64,000 bases of DNA from TPA_inf: Saccharomyces (taxonomy: Eukaryota), in the NCBI GenBank assembly GCA_000146045.2, contig BK006945.2, positions 64,001 to 128,000 on the forward strand, written 5' to 3'. A program made the position numbers and the translations under genes. The notes below the pieces were generated by a model. That model searched no databases. It saw only the letters and a list, made by a program, of their open reading frames with translations, and was not told the DNA's origin. This document shows, in pieces, positions 20,804 to 33,485 of this stretch. How positions within the stretch are numbered: position 1 is the first letter of the stretch; every line of letters begins with the position of its first letter.

Positions 20804-22564
20804 ATGTCGGATCATTCTCCCATTTCTAATAAGGAAAATCATCTGCTGCCATCAGACTCGTCAAGAAGCTCATCCAGCGATATGCATTCGACGGGCACCA
20901 CGGGAACCACAGGCGTCGAACCTGTAGATTTCACCGGTGAAGGTGCCAAATACACAACTGCTACGGAGGGCAATGGTGGTGCAGATTTAGCGATTCAAAG
21001 AACGACGACTATGAATTCTGCTGCAGAATCAGAGGTTAATATCACGAGAAGATTAACTAAAATCCTTACTGGGTCTGTTAACGAGCCTGACCGTGTAGAG
21101 GTTGATTATACCAATTGTGCGCCCATGGGTGGTGACAGACCTTACCCTCCATCGTTGCCGAGCAGAGACCTGTACGAGGTTACTTTTGATGGTCCTAACG
21201 ACCCACTACATCCATTTAACTGGCCCATGAAGAAGAAAGTGCTGCTATGTCTGGTCTTATGTCTGGATTCTATTGCCATTGCTATGTGTTCTTCCATTTT
21301 TGCCTCTGCAGTGCCGCAAATCTGCGAGATATACCACGTCATCGAAGTTGTCGCCATTTTGGGTATCACGCTTTTTGTTCTTGGGTTTGCGGCCTCACCG
21401 GTTATCTATGCTCCTCTTTCTGAATTGTACGGTAGAAAGGGTGTTCTGGTTTTATCTGCGTTTGGATTTGCCCTTTTCCAATTTGCTGTCGCTACTGCTG
21501 AGAACCTGCAAACTATTTTCATATGTAGATTCTTTGGTGGTTTTATCGGGGCAGCACCCATGGCCGTCGTCCCCGCCGCGTTTGCCGACATGTTTGATAC
21601 TAATGTTAGAGGTAAAGCCATTGCGCTATTTTCTCTAGGTGTTTTTGTAGGCCCCATTTTATCGCCTGTCATGGGTTCTTATATCGCACAAAGAACTACC
21701 TGGAGATGGTTAGAATATGTTGTCGGTTGTTTCGCTTCCGCAGTTTTCGTTGCCATCGTATTGTTCTTTGAAGAAACACATCACCCTACCATTTTGGTTA
21801 ACAAGGCCAAACAGATGAGAAAGCAAAGTAATAACTGGGGTATTCATGCTGCTCATGAAGACGTGGAGCTATCCATCAAAGACATTGTCCAAAAAACTGT
21901 GACGAGGCCTATCATTATGCTTTTCGTGGAACCATTGCTACTATTCGTGACTATTTACAACTCTTTTGTCTACGGTATCTTGTATTTGTTACTGGAAGCC
22001 TACCCACTTGTCTTTGTGGAGGGTTATGGGTTTACTGAAAACGGTGAGTTGCCATACATCGCCTTGATTATCGGTATGATGGTGTGTGCTGCTTTCATTT
22101 GGTATATGGACAACGATTATTTGAAAAGATGTAGAGCCAAGGGGAAATTAGTGCCCGAGGCCAGATTGTACGCAATGGTCATTGCAGGTACCGTTTTCCC
22201 TATTGGTATCTTATGGTTCTGTTGGACGGGCTACTATCCTCACAAGATTCATTGGATGGTCCCCACAGTAGGAGGGGCCTTCATCGGGTTCGGTTTAATG
22301 GGTATTTTCTTGCCATGTTTAAACTATATCATTGAATCGTATCTATTGTTGGCAGCTTCTGCCGTCGCAGCAAACACTTTCATGAGGTCTGCATTTGGTG
22401 CATGCTTCCCATTGTTTGCAGGATATATGTTCCGTGGCATGGGTATCGGTTGGGCTGGTTTGTTATTAGGTCTATTTGCCGCTGCGATGATTCCCGTGCC
22501 TTTACTATTCTTAAAATATGGTGAATCTATCAGAAAGAAATCCAAGTATGCTTACGCCGCTTAA
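20804..22564 (+). CDS. TPO1: Plasma-membrane polyamine/drug:H+ antiporter, MFS DHA1 family, 586 aa
   Basis: The ORF is 586 aa with 12 predicted transmembrane segments and a Ser/Thr-rich N-terminus. Length and sequence match TPO1. Confidence 0.93.
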
Positions 22565-23402
22565 GAAAAAGAAAAGCAGAAATCATGCTCTTTCTATATT
22601 TGCATTTTTTTATTTCATTGTTATTACTCACCCTGCCCCACGCTCAAAGGGCTCGATAACGACATAGCATTATAGACACTGTGCAGCGTAAAGCTGACAT
22701 ATAAAGAAATTACAAAAAAAAATTAAAAAAAAAAAAAAAAACAATCAAAAAAGACACACAACTACAGAACAAAGGAAATCTTTTTCTATGCACAAGCACA
22801 AGAGTACTTAGAGAGTAGTGATATCCCCTTTTTTTTCTACTATTTTTTTTTTTCCCATTTTTTTCCTCCAAGACTCCTCTTATGTGGTTGTTATGTATAG
22901 CCCATAGTTACTAAATAAAACACTAATTAATGATTAATAATCCCTCTCTAATAAGAAATAGATAAAAGCTATTGTTCTTCTCATCGCCGGTTCTCGGCGT
23001 TGTCCGTACCCTTGGCCGAAACTCGGGCGGGGGCTTATTAGTCATACCCTCAGATTTCATTGGTCAGATAACAGTCACCCGGTAAATGCCCGTTTAATGA
23101 CTTCTTTATTTTGGATTAAAATTGACAGGGAATTTCAACGGAATAAAGGAAAGAGATTGAGATGCTTTTAATTCATAAAGGAAAGGGAAAGAGGACAGGA
23201 AAGCAAGGAAGAGTAATGGAATTTTGCAAATATTTGTAAATCCTTTAGAATTACTAAGAAACTGTTATTTATTGACATTATTTTACTCGTCTTATTTATT
23301 TATTTATACATTTGGCCACCATTTTTGCACTCGTACGAAAGACCATTTTAGATTTTTTTGATTTGGTAGTATAACAAACGATCGGAACAATAACGTAACA
23401 TA

Positions 23403-24155
23403 ATGATAAACACAGGAAGAAGCAGGAATTCAGTACTGCTGGCACACAGATTCCTTTCAACTGGAGGATTTTGGCGAGGCGGTACGAATGGCACAATGTC
23501 TCGCACAATCAACAACGTAAATCCTTTCAAATTAAAATTCATACCGAAGACAGTGCCCGCAGCTGCAGACTCTGTCTCTCCAGATAGTCAACGTCCAGGT
23601 AAGAAGCCCTTCAAATTCATAGTTTCCAATCAGAGCAAGAGTAGCAAGGCTTCTAAAAGCCCGAAGTGGTCGAGCTACGCATTCCCTTCGCGTGAGACCA
23701 TCAAATCTCATGAGGAGGCCATCAAGAAGCAGAATAAAGCTATAGACGAGCAAATAGCTGCTGCAGTATCCAAGAATGACTGCTCTTGCACAGAACCTCC
23801 CAAGAAAAGAAAGAGGAAATTGAGACCAAGAAAGGCGCTGATCACCCTGAGTCCGAAGGCAATCAAGCATTTAAGGGCACTGCTAGCTCAGCCGGAACCT
23901 AAATTGATTAGAGTTAGCGCTAGAAACCGTGGATGTTCAGGACTAACGTACGATCTACAATATATCACCGAGCCGGGGAAATTCGATGAGGTAGTAGAAC
24001 AAGATGGCGTTAAAATTGTCATCGATTCAAAGGCGTTATTCAGCATCATTGGAAGTGAAATGGACTGGATCGACGACAAGTTGGCCTCTAAGTTTGTCTT
24101 CAAGAATCCAAACTCCAAGGGCACATGCGGTTGTGGCGAGAGTTTCATGGTTTAA
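23403..24155 (+). CDS. ISA1: Mitochondrial Fe-S cluster assembly protein, HesB/IscA family, 250 aa
   Basis: The ORF is 250 aa and the C-terminus carries the IscA signature (GCGESF). Length matches ISA1. Confidence 0.9.
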   Translation: MINTGRSRNSVLLAHRFLSTGGFWRGGTNGTMSRTINNVNPFKLKFIPKTVPAAADSVSPDSQRPGKKPFKFIVSNQSKSSKASKSPKWSSYAFPSRETIKSHEEAIKKQNKAIDEQIAAAVSKNDCSCTEPPKKRKRKLRPRKALITLSPKAIKHLRALLAQPEPKLIRVSARNRGCSGLTYDLQYITEPGKFDEVVEQDGVKIVIDSKALFSIIGSEMDWIDDKLASKFVFKNPNSKGTCGCGESFMV

Positions 24156-24320
24156 AAACCTTCTGCACCATTTTTAGAAAAAAAGAATCTACCTATTCAC
24201 TTATTTATTCATTTACTTATTTATTTACATATTTATCATACATATTAACATTGAACCCTCCATCGTGGTAGTGTTTGCTGTTCCTAACTTTTCTTTCGTT
24301 GTTCTTGTAGATATATATTT

Positions 24321-24338
24321 TTCCAGAATTTTCTAGAA
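24321..24338. promoter_or_regulatory. Heat-shock element TTCcaGAAttTTCtaGAA in the HSP104 promoter, about 290 bp upstream of the ATG
   Basis: Four perfect alternating nGAAn/nTTCn units are visible. Three AGGGG stress-response elements follow at about 24371, 24404 and 24452. A TATATAAGG box lies at about 24486. Confidence 0.7.
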
Positions 24339-24622
24339 GGGTTATTAATTACAATCTTAAACGTTCCATAAGGGGCCGCGATTTTTTTGTTCAATTTTCA
24401 ACAGGGGGCCCATCTCAAAGAACTGCAAATTATATCACAGTAAAAGGCAAAGGGGCGCAAACTTATGCAACCTGCCAGATTATTATATAAGGCATTGTAA
24501 TCTTGCCTCAATTCCTTCATAATTCGTTCCTTTGTCACTTGTTCCTTTTTACCCTTGAATCGAATCAGCAATAACAAAGAAAAAAGAAATCAACTACACG
24601 TACCATAAAATATACAGAATAT

Positions 24623-27349
24623 ATGAACGACCAAACGCAATTTACAGAAAGGGCTCTAACGATTTTGACGTTGGCTCAAAAATTGGCTTCGGATCATCAA
24701 CATCCACAATTACAACCTATACATATTCTAGCTGCCTTCATTGAAACGCCAGAAGATGGATCAGTCCCTTACCTACAGAATCTAATTGAGAAGGGCCGTT
24801 ACGACTATGATCTTTTCAAGAAAGTGGTTAATAGAAATCTAGTAAGAATTCCTCAACAGCAACCTGCACCTGCGGAGATAACTCCAAGTTATGCTTTGGG
24901 GAAAGTCCTTCAAGACGCTGCTAAGATTCAAAAACAACAGAAGGACTCATTTATAGCGCAAGACCATATATTGTTTGCTCTATTCAATGATTCGTCTATT
25001 CAGCAAATATTTAAGGAAGCTCAAGTAGATATTGAGGCCATCAAGCAACAAGCTCTTGAACTTCGTGGTAACACTAGAATTGACTCTCGTGGCGCTGATA
25101 CGAACACACCTTTGGAATATTTATCAAAGTACGCCATTGATATGACTGAGCAGGCTCGTCAAGGTAAACTTGACCCTGTCATCGGCCGTGAAGAAGAAAT
25201 AAGAAGCACTATTAGAGTTTTAGCAAGAAGAATTAAGTCCAACCCATGTTTAATTGGTGAGCCAGGTATCGGTAAGACCGCTATTATTGAAGGTGTTGCT
25301 CAAAGAATCATTGACGATGACGTTCCCACTATCTTACAAGGCGCTAAATTGTTCAGTCTAGATTTGGCCGCATTAACCGCAGGTGCTAAATACAAAGGTG
25401 ATTTCGAAGAAAGATTCAAAGGTGTTTTGAAGGAAATCGAAGAATCAAAGACTCTAATTGTGTTATTCATTGATGAAATTCACATGTTAATGGGTAATGG
25501 TAAGGACGACGCTGCTAACATCTTGAAGCCAGCTTTGTCCAGAGGCCAATTGAAGGTCATCGGTGCCACCACCAATAACGAATATAGATCTATTGTGGAA
25601 AAGGATGGTGCCTTTGAAAGAAGATTCCAGAAAATTGAAGTCGCTGAACCAAGTGTGAGACAAACAGTGGCCATATTGAGAGGTCTGCAACCAAAGTATG
25701 AAATACATCATGGTGTAAGGATTCTGGATAGCGCCTTAGTCACTGCTGCTCAATTAGCCAAGCGTTACTTGCCATATAGAAGATTGCCAGATTCTGCTTT
25801 GGATTTAGTTGATATTTCTTGTGCTGGTGTCGCCGTCGCAAGAGATTCTAAGCCAGAAGAATTGGATTCCAAGGAACGTCAATTGCAATTGATTCAAGTA
25901 GAGATAAAAGCTCTAGAGAGAGATGAAGATGCCGACTCCACCACTAAAGATAGATTAAAGTTAGCTAGGCAGAAGGAAGCTTCATTGCAAGAAGAATTGG
26001 AACCTCTAAGACAACGTTACAATGAAGAAAAGCATGGCCATGAAGAATTGACACAAGCTAAAAAGAAATTGGATGAACTGGAAAACAAGGCCCTTGATGC
26101 TGAACGTAGATATGATACTGCTACCGCCGCTGATTTAAGGTACTTCGCCATCCCAGATATCAAAAAGCAAATCGAAAAGCTTGAAGATCAGGTTGCTGAG
26201 GAAGAGAGACGTGCTGGTGCCAACTCCATGATCCAAAATGTGGTCGATTCAGACACCATTTCTGAAACAGCTGCAAGATTGACTGGTATCCCTGTTAAGA
26301 AGTTGTCAGAATCTGAAAATGAAAAATTGATTCATATGGAACGTGACTTATCATCTGAAGTCGTGGGCCAAATGGATGCCATTAAAGCTGTTTCCAATGC
26401 CGTTAGATTGTCTAGATCAGGTTTAGCTAATCCAAGGCAACCAGCATCCTTCTTATTTTTAGGTTTGTCCGGTTCCGGTAAAACTGAATTGGCTAAAAAA
26501 GTTGCTGGATTTTTGTTTAATGATGAGGACATGATGATCAGGGTCGATTGTTCTGAATTAAGCGAGAAGTATGCGGTCTCTAAGTTGTTGGGTACCACGG
26601 CAGGTTATGTCGGGTACGATGAAGGTGGCTTTTTAACTAACCAACTGCAATACAAACCATACTCCGTTTTGTTATTCGATGAAGTAGAAAAGGCACATCC
26701 TGATGTTTTGACTGTCATGCTACAAATGTTGGATGACGGTAGAATTACTTCTGGTCAAGGTAAGACGATCGACTGTTCCAATTGTATTGTCATCATGACT
26801 TCCAATCTAGGTGCTGAATTTATCAATTCTCAACAAGGATCAAAGATCCAAGAATCTACCAAGAATTTGGTCATGGGTGCTGTTAGGCAACATTTCAGAC
26901 CAGAATTTTTGAACAGAATTTCTAGTATAGTCATTTTCAACAAGCTATCTAGAAAAGCTATTCATAAGATCGTGGATATTCGTTTGAAGGAAATTGAAGA
27001 GAGATTCGAGCAAAATGATAAACATTACAAGTTGAATTTAACTCAAGAGGCCAAGGACTTCTTGGCCAAATATGGTTATTCCGATGATATGGGTGCACGT
27101 CCACTGAACAGGTTAATTCAAAACGAAATTTTGAACAAACTGGCACTAAGGATCTTAAAGAATGAAATCAAGGATAAGGAAACTGTCAATGTCGTCTTGA
27201 AGAAGGGTAAATCTCGTGATGAAAATGTTCCTGAGGAAGCTGAAGAATGTCTGGAAGTTCTACCAAATCACGAAGCTACTATAGGGGCTGACACGTTAGG
27301 TGATGACGATAATGAGGACAGTATGGAAATTGATGATGACCTAGATTAA
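24623..27349 (+). CDS. HSP104: Hsp100/ClpB-family protein disaggregase with two AAA+ domains, 908 aa
   Basis: The ORF is 908 aa. It has two Walker A motifs ([16 protein letters not shown]) and a coiled-coil M-domain. It matches HSP104 exactly. Confidence 0.97.
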   Translation: MNDQTQFTERALTILTLAQKLASDHQHPQLQPIHILAAFIETPEDGSVPYLQNLIEKGRYDYDLFKKVVNRNLVRIPQQQPAPAEITPSYALGKVLQDAAKIQKQQKDSFIAQDHILFALFNDSSIQQIFKEAQVDIEAIKQQALELRGNTRIDSRGADTNTPLEYLSKYAIDMTEQARQGKLDPVIGREEEIRSTIRVLARRIKSNPCLIGEPGIGKTAIIEGVAQRIIDDDVPTILQGAKLFSLDLAALTAGAKYKGDFEERFKGVLKEIEESKTLIVLFIDEIHMLMGNGKDDAANILKPALSRGQLKVIGATTNNEYRSIVEKDGAFERRFQKIEVAEPSVRQTVAILRGLQPKYEIHHGVRILDSALVTAAQLAKRYLPYRRLPDSALDLVDISCAGVAVARDSKPEELDSKERQLQLIQVEIKALERDEDADSTTKDRLKLARQKEASLQEELEPLRQRYNEEKHGHEELTQAKKKLDELENKALDAERRYDTATAADLRYFAIPDIKKQIEKLEDQVAEEERRAGANSMIQNVVDSDTISETAARLTGIPVKKLSESENEKLIHMERDLSSEVVGQMDAIKAVSNAVRLSRSGLANPRQPASFLFLGLSGSGKTELAKKVAGFLFNDEDMMIRVDCSELSEKYAVSKLLGTTAGYVGYDEGGFLTNQLQYKPYSVLLFDEVEKAHPDVLTVMLQMLDDGRITSGQGKTIDCSNCIVIMTSNLGAEFINSQQGSKIQESTKNLVMGAVRQHFRPEFLNRISSIVIFNKLSRKAIHKIVDIRLKEIEERFEQNDKHYKLNLTQEAKDFLAKYGYSDDMGARPLNRLIQNEILNKLALRILKNEIKDKETVNVVLKKGKSRDENVPEEAEECLEVLPNHEATIGADTLGDDDNEDSMEIDDDLD

Positions 27350-27934
27350 TTTAATATAGTGTGATTTTTAAAAACTTTCGAACAAGAATCAGTAATATAA
27401 TATATATAATTAATAAAACTAATGGAATTTGTTTAATTGAACTTGACACCCGAGCAAAAGAGCTCACATTTTAACGTTTAGTTCATCTTGCTGTGAATAA
27501 TCTAAAAGTAAACAATGGACAAAAAAGTCCACTGGACGTCAAATCTTTTTTTATTGTATTTGGGACATATGGCGTTGATAACTAAAGTTTAAAGGAAGTA
27601 ATAAGTGAAGGTTAAATCTGGACCTCTTTACTTTCATATTAGAAGTATAAAACACACGCGGATTGGTCCATTATTAGAATACGGGTACTACAATAATGGT
27701 TTTGATAGTTACTGTACATTTGAATGTAGCGACTCATATGACTCATATATATGACTACCAAATCATGTTAAAATTAGTATATCTTTAACTTAGACTTCAG
27801 TACTATCTGAACTGCACGTTTAAATTTTTACCATAGCAGTTCATGTAATATTAATAATCACTTGTGCCAATATAATGTTACAGCGAACATTTTTCCATGC
27901 GCTTGGAAAATTGAATGATAGAAAATTCGAACAG

Positions 27935-28049
27935 CGATGATTTCCAACGATGTAATCCATTAAGATGATTGTTAGAATTTCTATTGTTGCAGAGGTCATA
28001 TGATATTAAGAACACAGCACAATATATTAAAATTTCTTCTCGAGGATAT
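27935..28049 (-). mobile_element. Degenerate older Ty1/Ty2 delta LTR, 3' part, interrupted by a younger delta insertion
   Basis: The segment ...attgttagaatttctattgtt...atatattaaaatttcttctcgaggatat aligns, with divergence, to the delta internal segment ...attgttgggattccattgtt...atatactagaagttctcctcgaggatat. The same LTR continues at 28382. Confidence 0.45.
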
Positions 28050-28381
28050 TGAGAAATGGGTGAATTTTGAGGTAATTGTTGGGATTCCATTGTTAATAAG
28101 GGCTATAATATTAGGTATACAGAATATACTAGATGTTCTCCTCGAGGATCTACGAATCCTCATAATGGAATCAATATTTCTATATACTAATATTACGATT
28201 ATCCCTCATTCCGTTTTATATGTTTCATTATCTTATTACATTATCAATCCTTTCACTACAGCTTCCTCTAACCTCGATGACAGCTTCTCATAACCTATGT
28301 CATCATCTAACACCGTATATGATAATATAGTGATAGTTATAACTATTAGTTGATAGACGATAGTGGATTTTTATTCCAACA
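28050..28381 (-). mobile_element. Solo Ty1/Ty2 delta LTR, 332 bp, flanked by a 5-bp target-site duplication GATAT
   Basis: The reverse complement begins TGTTGGAATAAAAATCCACTATCGTCTATCAACTAATAGTTATA... and ends ...CATTTCTCA. Internal delta segments such as ttctcctcgaggat and ctaatattacgattat(t/c)cctcattccgttttatatgtttcattat are present. GATAT occurs immediately on both sides, at 28045-28049 and 28382-28386. Confidence 0.85.
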
Positions 28382-28480
28382 GATATAAGAATTACAAAAA
28401 GAGAACTGTTATTTCTACATAATAATATTACGATTAGTACTCCTTTTATATGTTTCTTTATCCATTTACATTATCAATCC
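28382..28480 (-). mobile_element. Degenerate older delta LTR, continuation of 27935..28049, truncated at its 5' end
   Basis: The segment gatataagaattac...atttctacataataatattacgattagtactccttttatatgtttctttatccatttacattatcaatcc aligns to delta ...gatataggaatcctc...atttctacatactaatattacgattattcctcattccgttttatatgtttat...cattatcaatcc. It ends about 67 bp upstream of the tRNA. Confidence 0.5.
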
Positions 28481-28547
28481 TGATTAAAATTCCCACGAAC
28501 CCCCAGTACTAGATTGTTCATAATGGATCAAGTTCACAAGTTAATAA

Positions 28548-28650
28548 GGGCGTGTGGTCTAGTGGTATGATTCTCGCTTTGGGCGACTTCCTGACTAAAC
28601 AGGAAGACAAAGCATGCGAGAGGCCCTGGGTTCAATTCCCAGCTCGCCCC
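28548..28650 (+). tRNA. tRNA-Pro (anticodon UGG) with a 31-nt intron 3' of the anticodon
   Basis: The 5' exon is GGGCGTGTGGTCTAGTGGTATGATTCTCGCTTTGGG and the 3' exon is TGCGAGAGGCCCTGGGTTCAATTCCCAGCTCGCCCC. Together they form the yeast tRNA-Pro(UGG) cloverleaf, with the A-box TGGTCTAGTGG and B-box GGTTCAATTCC. A T-rich Pol III terminator (TTTATTTTCTTTTTTT) follows. Confidence 0.95.
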
Positions 28651-30746
28651 TTTATTTTCTTTTTTTGGACCCAAAGCACTAGCTTAGGCTGTCCATCTTT
28701 GTTCTTGATTCTAAAGATCACAGTAGAATAATGGTTTATTTCTTAGAGTTCTACAAGTTTTAGCGTACTACTGAACAATGAATGTCCTGATTTTTTAAAA
28801 CTCGCGCATATTTGGAGGCCATATCGTGCCACCAACTTTACTACAGTCAAACACCTGTGCCCAATTCTACCACTTATTAAACAATTACTTAGTAAGATCA
28901 GCAAGCGGTTCATCTGTCCCCCATTCATATATGGCTTTCACCCTCTTTACCTGTTTGAAACAGAAAAAAAATTACAACTAATGGTATGCAATTCATAAAG
29001 CATAGGCCAAAAGACCCTGATACAGATATATGCTAAAACAATAATTATAAAGGATTATGCCGTAGGAAGGCTGAGAATCCTCAGTTTGTGCACTTTGAAA
29101 TTCAAAATACAAAAAACTGTTGACAAATTAGTATCATAACTATCTATCGCATATATTCACGTCACATACCGCCTCTGTGGCAATTGACAACACTTATCCC
29201 TATCAAAGACAATACAAAGTATTTGTTACCGAGTGAGATTATTTAGTACAATATGTGGGTAATAAAAACTAATCGGAGATATTTTTTTACGTTTTTTGAT
29301 GCAAACGCAATAAATTCTTGATTTTTGAAATTTTGCAGGACATCAAGATACGTTTCTTTTAAGCAGTTTGGATTGCTTCTTTCGTTCCGAAAGTAAAACG
29401 TAATGAAAACCCCTATAGTATTGTGACGCGTTTTCCAACTCTGCCCTTAGCTTGATTTGACGGCTTAGAACAAAGGAACAGTAGCACGAACACTTCAAGT
29501 GCAAATGACAGTTTAATTGTGGGTAAAAAAGGTAGCCTCAAAGTTGCATTTTTTATGGACTGTAAAGAACATACGATTGTTATACACTTTTGAACAACCA
29601 AGATGTACTACCTCAATTGTAGTGAATTAATGTCGAAATTTGTTAGATGCCCCGAATAAATAGTAACTTTATTTAGGGAAAGCACTCGAATTTTTGTTAT
29701 TACGGTCACGCCATATTTTAGCATGTACTTAGTAAAAGACCCATTTCGCCATCACTATTTTTACCATTTTTTTCTATACGATTTGGGAGCAAATACCTGA
29801 ACTGCACACTAATGGACATAATCACTTGGTTGAAAAAGTACTATAGTAGACTATACGTCGTACGCTGCAATCTATTTTAAGCACAGAAAGCATCCTTCGT
29901 ATGATAATATAACCTTTTTGGTAACAGAGTTACCATTGAAGCGACATTGCAGTGAAACTTGTTTCAAGATGTAGTTGGGAGGAATTATGTGTTGAGTTCG
30001 TCCACTTTATGAGCTCGAAGATAACGAGAAAATTGCTAAGATGCCGGTGTTGGCTTCTTGCATATGAAGAGGCACCAATAAAACGATGCATTAATTCTTT
30101 ATTACGGAAGTTCCGAAGCAGCGAAGAATGAAAAAGAATACAAGCGCTCATAATTGTCCTCGGTGGACATCATATACAGCATAAAAGTGTCTTTTTTAAG
30201 TTCTCTCCCCTAAAGATCACAAACTTCACGTAATTAGTAACGTGTAGACTACTAACCTTGAAAAAACGAACCCCTTTTCTGCCTAGCAACCGTTTAAGAT
30301 ATACCAAAAAAGGCAACTGTGATGACTTCTGAACGAGGGTCCACGCCAAGTCACGCCAAGTTTGTTTTCGGATCTTCTGCTAGCAGAAACTCAACACACC
30401 TACATGAAAGGTAAAGGGTTTCTTAGAAACATTCACTGTACCGTGCATTGTTCAAACCTGCGCGATTGCTTGGCAACGGCGAGAATTACATTACAAGAAG
30501 GTGTGCTTTCATAAACGAGAAGTAATAAACTTGTGTCGTTCAGAAACAATAGTATCTCATATTGGCTACAATGGAGAAACTTACGATGTGTATTCAGTAT
30601 ATTGGTTAGAAAACTGTAGTTTGTTAGTTGAAAAATTAATATAAATAGGGTGTTTTTAATCAGCTGTAATAGAAGTACATCCTCATCCTTCTTCTTCACT
30701 AAGCTCACATCATCACTAAAGCAACAACCAAAAAACAACAAATACA

Positions 30747-31121
30747 ATGGTCAAATTAACTTCAATTGCTGCTGGTGTCGCCGCTATTGCCGCTGGTGTC
30801 GCCGCTGCACCAGCTACCACCACTTTATCTCCATCTGACGAAAGAGTTAACCTGGTTGAATTAGGTGTCTACGTCTCTGATATCAGAGCTCATTTGGCTG
30901 AATACTATATGTTCCAAGCCGCTCATCCAACTGAAACTTACCCAGTTGAAATTGCTGAAGCTGTTTTCAACTACGGTGATTTCACCACTATGTTGACCGG
31001 TATCCCCGCTGACCAAGTCACTAGAGTCATCACTGGTGTCCCATGGTACTCTACCAGATTGAGACCAGCCATCTCCAGCGCTCTATCTGCAGACGGTATC
31101 TACACTGCTGTACCAAACTAG
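30747..31121 (+). CDS. PAU17: Seripauperin (PAU/TIR family) secreted or cell-wall protein, 124 aa
   Basis: The ORF is 124 aa, begins [20 protein letters not shown] and carries the conserved PAU domain. The locus is chromosome-internal, not subtelomeric. A TATA box (TATATAAATAGGG) lies about 100 bp upstream. Confidence 0.9.
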   Translation: MVKLTSIAAGVAAIAAGVAAAPATTTLSPSDERVNLVELGVYVSDIRAHLAEYYMFQAAHPTETYPVEIAEAVFNYGDFTTMLTGIPADQVTRVITGVPWYSTRLRPAISSALSADGIYTAVPN

Positions 31122-31565
31122 GATTTGACGCCCTTACGAATAGAACTTTACGAGTATTAGAATGTTATGAATAAATGAAATTGGTTTCGACGGTATAGAT
31201 GAATAAAGGTATTTTGAAAATTATAAAAAAAAGTTTTAATAATATAGATTTGGTAAAATAAATAGGCGTATATACACATTGTATACTGTTGATATTATCA
31301 AGTTTTTATTATTAAAGAGCTCTTTTTATTTTTTATTTATAGGGGAAAATGACCGATATTCCTAGTCTTCAAGTCACTATTATTTTTTTTTTTATTCATA
31401 AGTACAATTGAATAATATTATTGATTTTTTTATTATTGTTCTTATTCTTTTTTTATCATTTCTATATAAAATATTATATGATTTAGTTTATCGTAAAAAA
31501 ATTAAAAAATACAGAGGAAAGCAAAAGTAAAACTTTTCGGATATTTTACAGGGCGATCGCTAAGC

Positions 31566-32870
31566 TTAATCAACTTCTTCGACAGTTGGACCTTCAGCTT
31601 CTGGAGCTGGAGGAGCACCACCTGGGAAACCACCTGGAGCTGCGCCTTCTGGAGCACCACCAGCTTGGTACAATTTAGACATGATTGGGTTGGCAACCTC
31701 TTGCAATTCCTTCAATTGGTCATCGAATTCTTCCTTGGTAGCAGTGGTGTTGCTGTCTAACCAAGCAATAGTTTCTTCAGCCTTCTTAGTGACAGCGTCC
31801 TTGTCAGCTTGCTCTAGCTTGTCACCAGCTTCAGAAATGGTGTTCTTCAAAGAGTAAGCAATGGATTCCAATTGGTTCTTGGAAGCAATTCTTTGAGATT
31901 CCTTTTCATCTTCTTCCTTGAATTTTTCGGCTTCAGCAACCATCTTTTCGATATCTTCCTTGGACAATCTACCCTTGTCGTTGGTAATAGTGATCTTGTT
32001 AGACTTACCAGTACCCTTTTCGACGGCGGAAACATTCAAAATACCGTTAGAGTCGACATCGAAAGTGACTTCAATTTGTGGGACACCTCTTGGAGCTGGT
32101 GGAATACCACTCAATTCGAACTTACCCAACAAGTTGTTGTCCTTAGTCTTGGCTCTTTCACCTTCAAAGACTTGAATCAAGACACCTGGTTGGTTGTCAG
32201 CATAAGTAGAGAAAACTTCGGATTTCTTAGTTGGAATGGTAGAGTTTCTTGGAATCAACTTGGTCATGACACCACCAGCAGTTTCAATACCCAAGGATAA
32301 TGGAGCGACATCCAACAACAATAGATCTTGAGTCTTGGAAGATTCGTCACCAGTCAAAATAGCAGCTTGAACAGCAGCACCGTAAGCAACAGCTTCATCT
32401 GGGTTGATAGATCTGTTTGGTTCCTTACCGTTGAAGTAGTCAGTGACCAATTTTTGGACCTTTGGAATTCTGGTAGAACCACCGACCAAGACAATTTCAT
32501 CGACTTGAGATTTATCCAATTTAGCATCTCTCAAGACCTTTTCAACTGGGTCCAAAGTAGATCTGAACAAGTCAGCACACAATTCTTCGAATCTGGCTCT
32601 GGTGATGGAAGTGTAGAAATCGATACCTTCGAACAAAGAGTCAATTTCAACGGAAGTTTGAGCGGAGGAAGACAAAGTTCTCTTGGCTCTTTCACAAGCA
32701 GTTCTTAATCTTCTCAAAGCTCTTTGGTTGGTAGACAAGTCCTTCTTGTTCTTTCTCTTGAATTCTTGGATGAAGTGGTTGACCAATCTGTTGTCAAAAT
32801 CTTCACCACCCAAATGGGTGTCACCAGCGGTGGCCTTAACTTCAAAGATACCGTCTTCAATGGACAACAA

Positions 32871-32903
<33 letters not shown>

Positions 32904-33485
32904 AATCAAGACGTGTTCTTCCTTACCCTTCTTGTCCAAACCGTAAGCAATGGCAGCGGCGGTAGGTTCGTTAATAATACGCAAGACATTCAAACCAGCA
33001 ATGGTACCAGCATCCTTGGTAGCTTGTCTTTGAGAATCGTTGAAGTAAGCTGGGACAGTGACGACAGCGTCATTGACCTTGGCACCCAAGTAAGATTCGG
33101 CAGTTTCCTTCATCTTACCCAAGACCATGGAGGAGATTTGTTCTGGGGTAAAGTTCTTGGTTTCACCCTTAAATTCAACTTGAATTTGTGGCTTACCGTC
33201 AACATCGATCAACTTGAATGGGAAGTGCTTCATATCACCTTGGACTTCTGGGTCATTGAAGTTTCTACCGATCAAACGCTTAGCGTCGAAAACAGTGTTA
33301 GCTGGGTTCATAGCAGCTTGGTTCTTAGCAGCGTCACCAATCAATCTTTCAGTATCAGTGAAACCAACGAAAGATGGAGTGGTTCTGTTACCTTGGTCGT
33401 TGGCAATAATGTCAACACGATCATTAGAGAAGTGAGCAACACAGGAGTAGGTAGTACCTAAATCAATACCGACAGCTTTAGACAT
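31566..33485 (-). CDS. SSA2: Cytosolic Hsp70 chaperone, 639 aa
   Basis: The ORF is 639 aa with Hsp70 signatures ([16 protein letters not shown]) and a GGAP-rich C-terminus ending EEVD. It matches SSA2. The many ORFs on the opposite strand are codon-bias artefacts. Confidence 0.97.

Noticed and set aside
31141-31560. Very AT-rich PAU17/SSA2 convergent 3' region as a candidate ARS
   Set aside because: By eye I could not find an 11/11 match to the ARS consensus WTTTAYRTTTW on either strand. AT-richness alone is expected for yeast terminator regions. I left it uncalled. A motif scan plus ORC ChIP would decide.
31872-33461. Several long plus-strand ORFs (142, 126, 245 aa and others) opposite SSA2
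   Set aside because: These are codon-bias artefacts. The highly expressed SSA2 uses a restricted codon set that leaves the antisense frame open. The translations are low-complexity with no homology.
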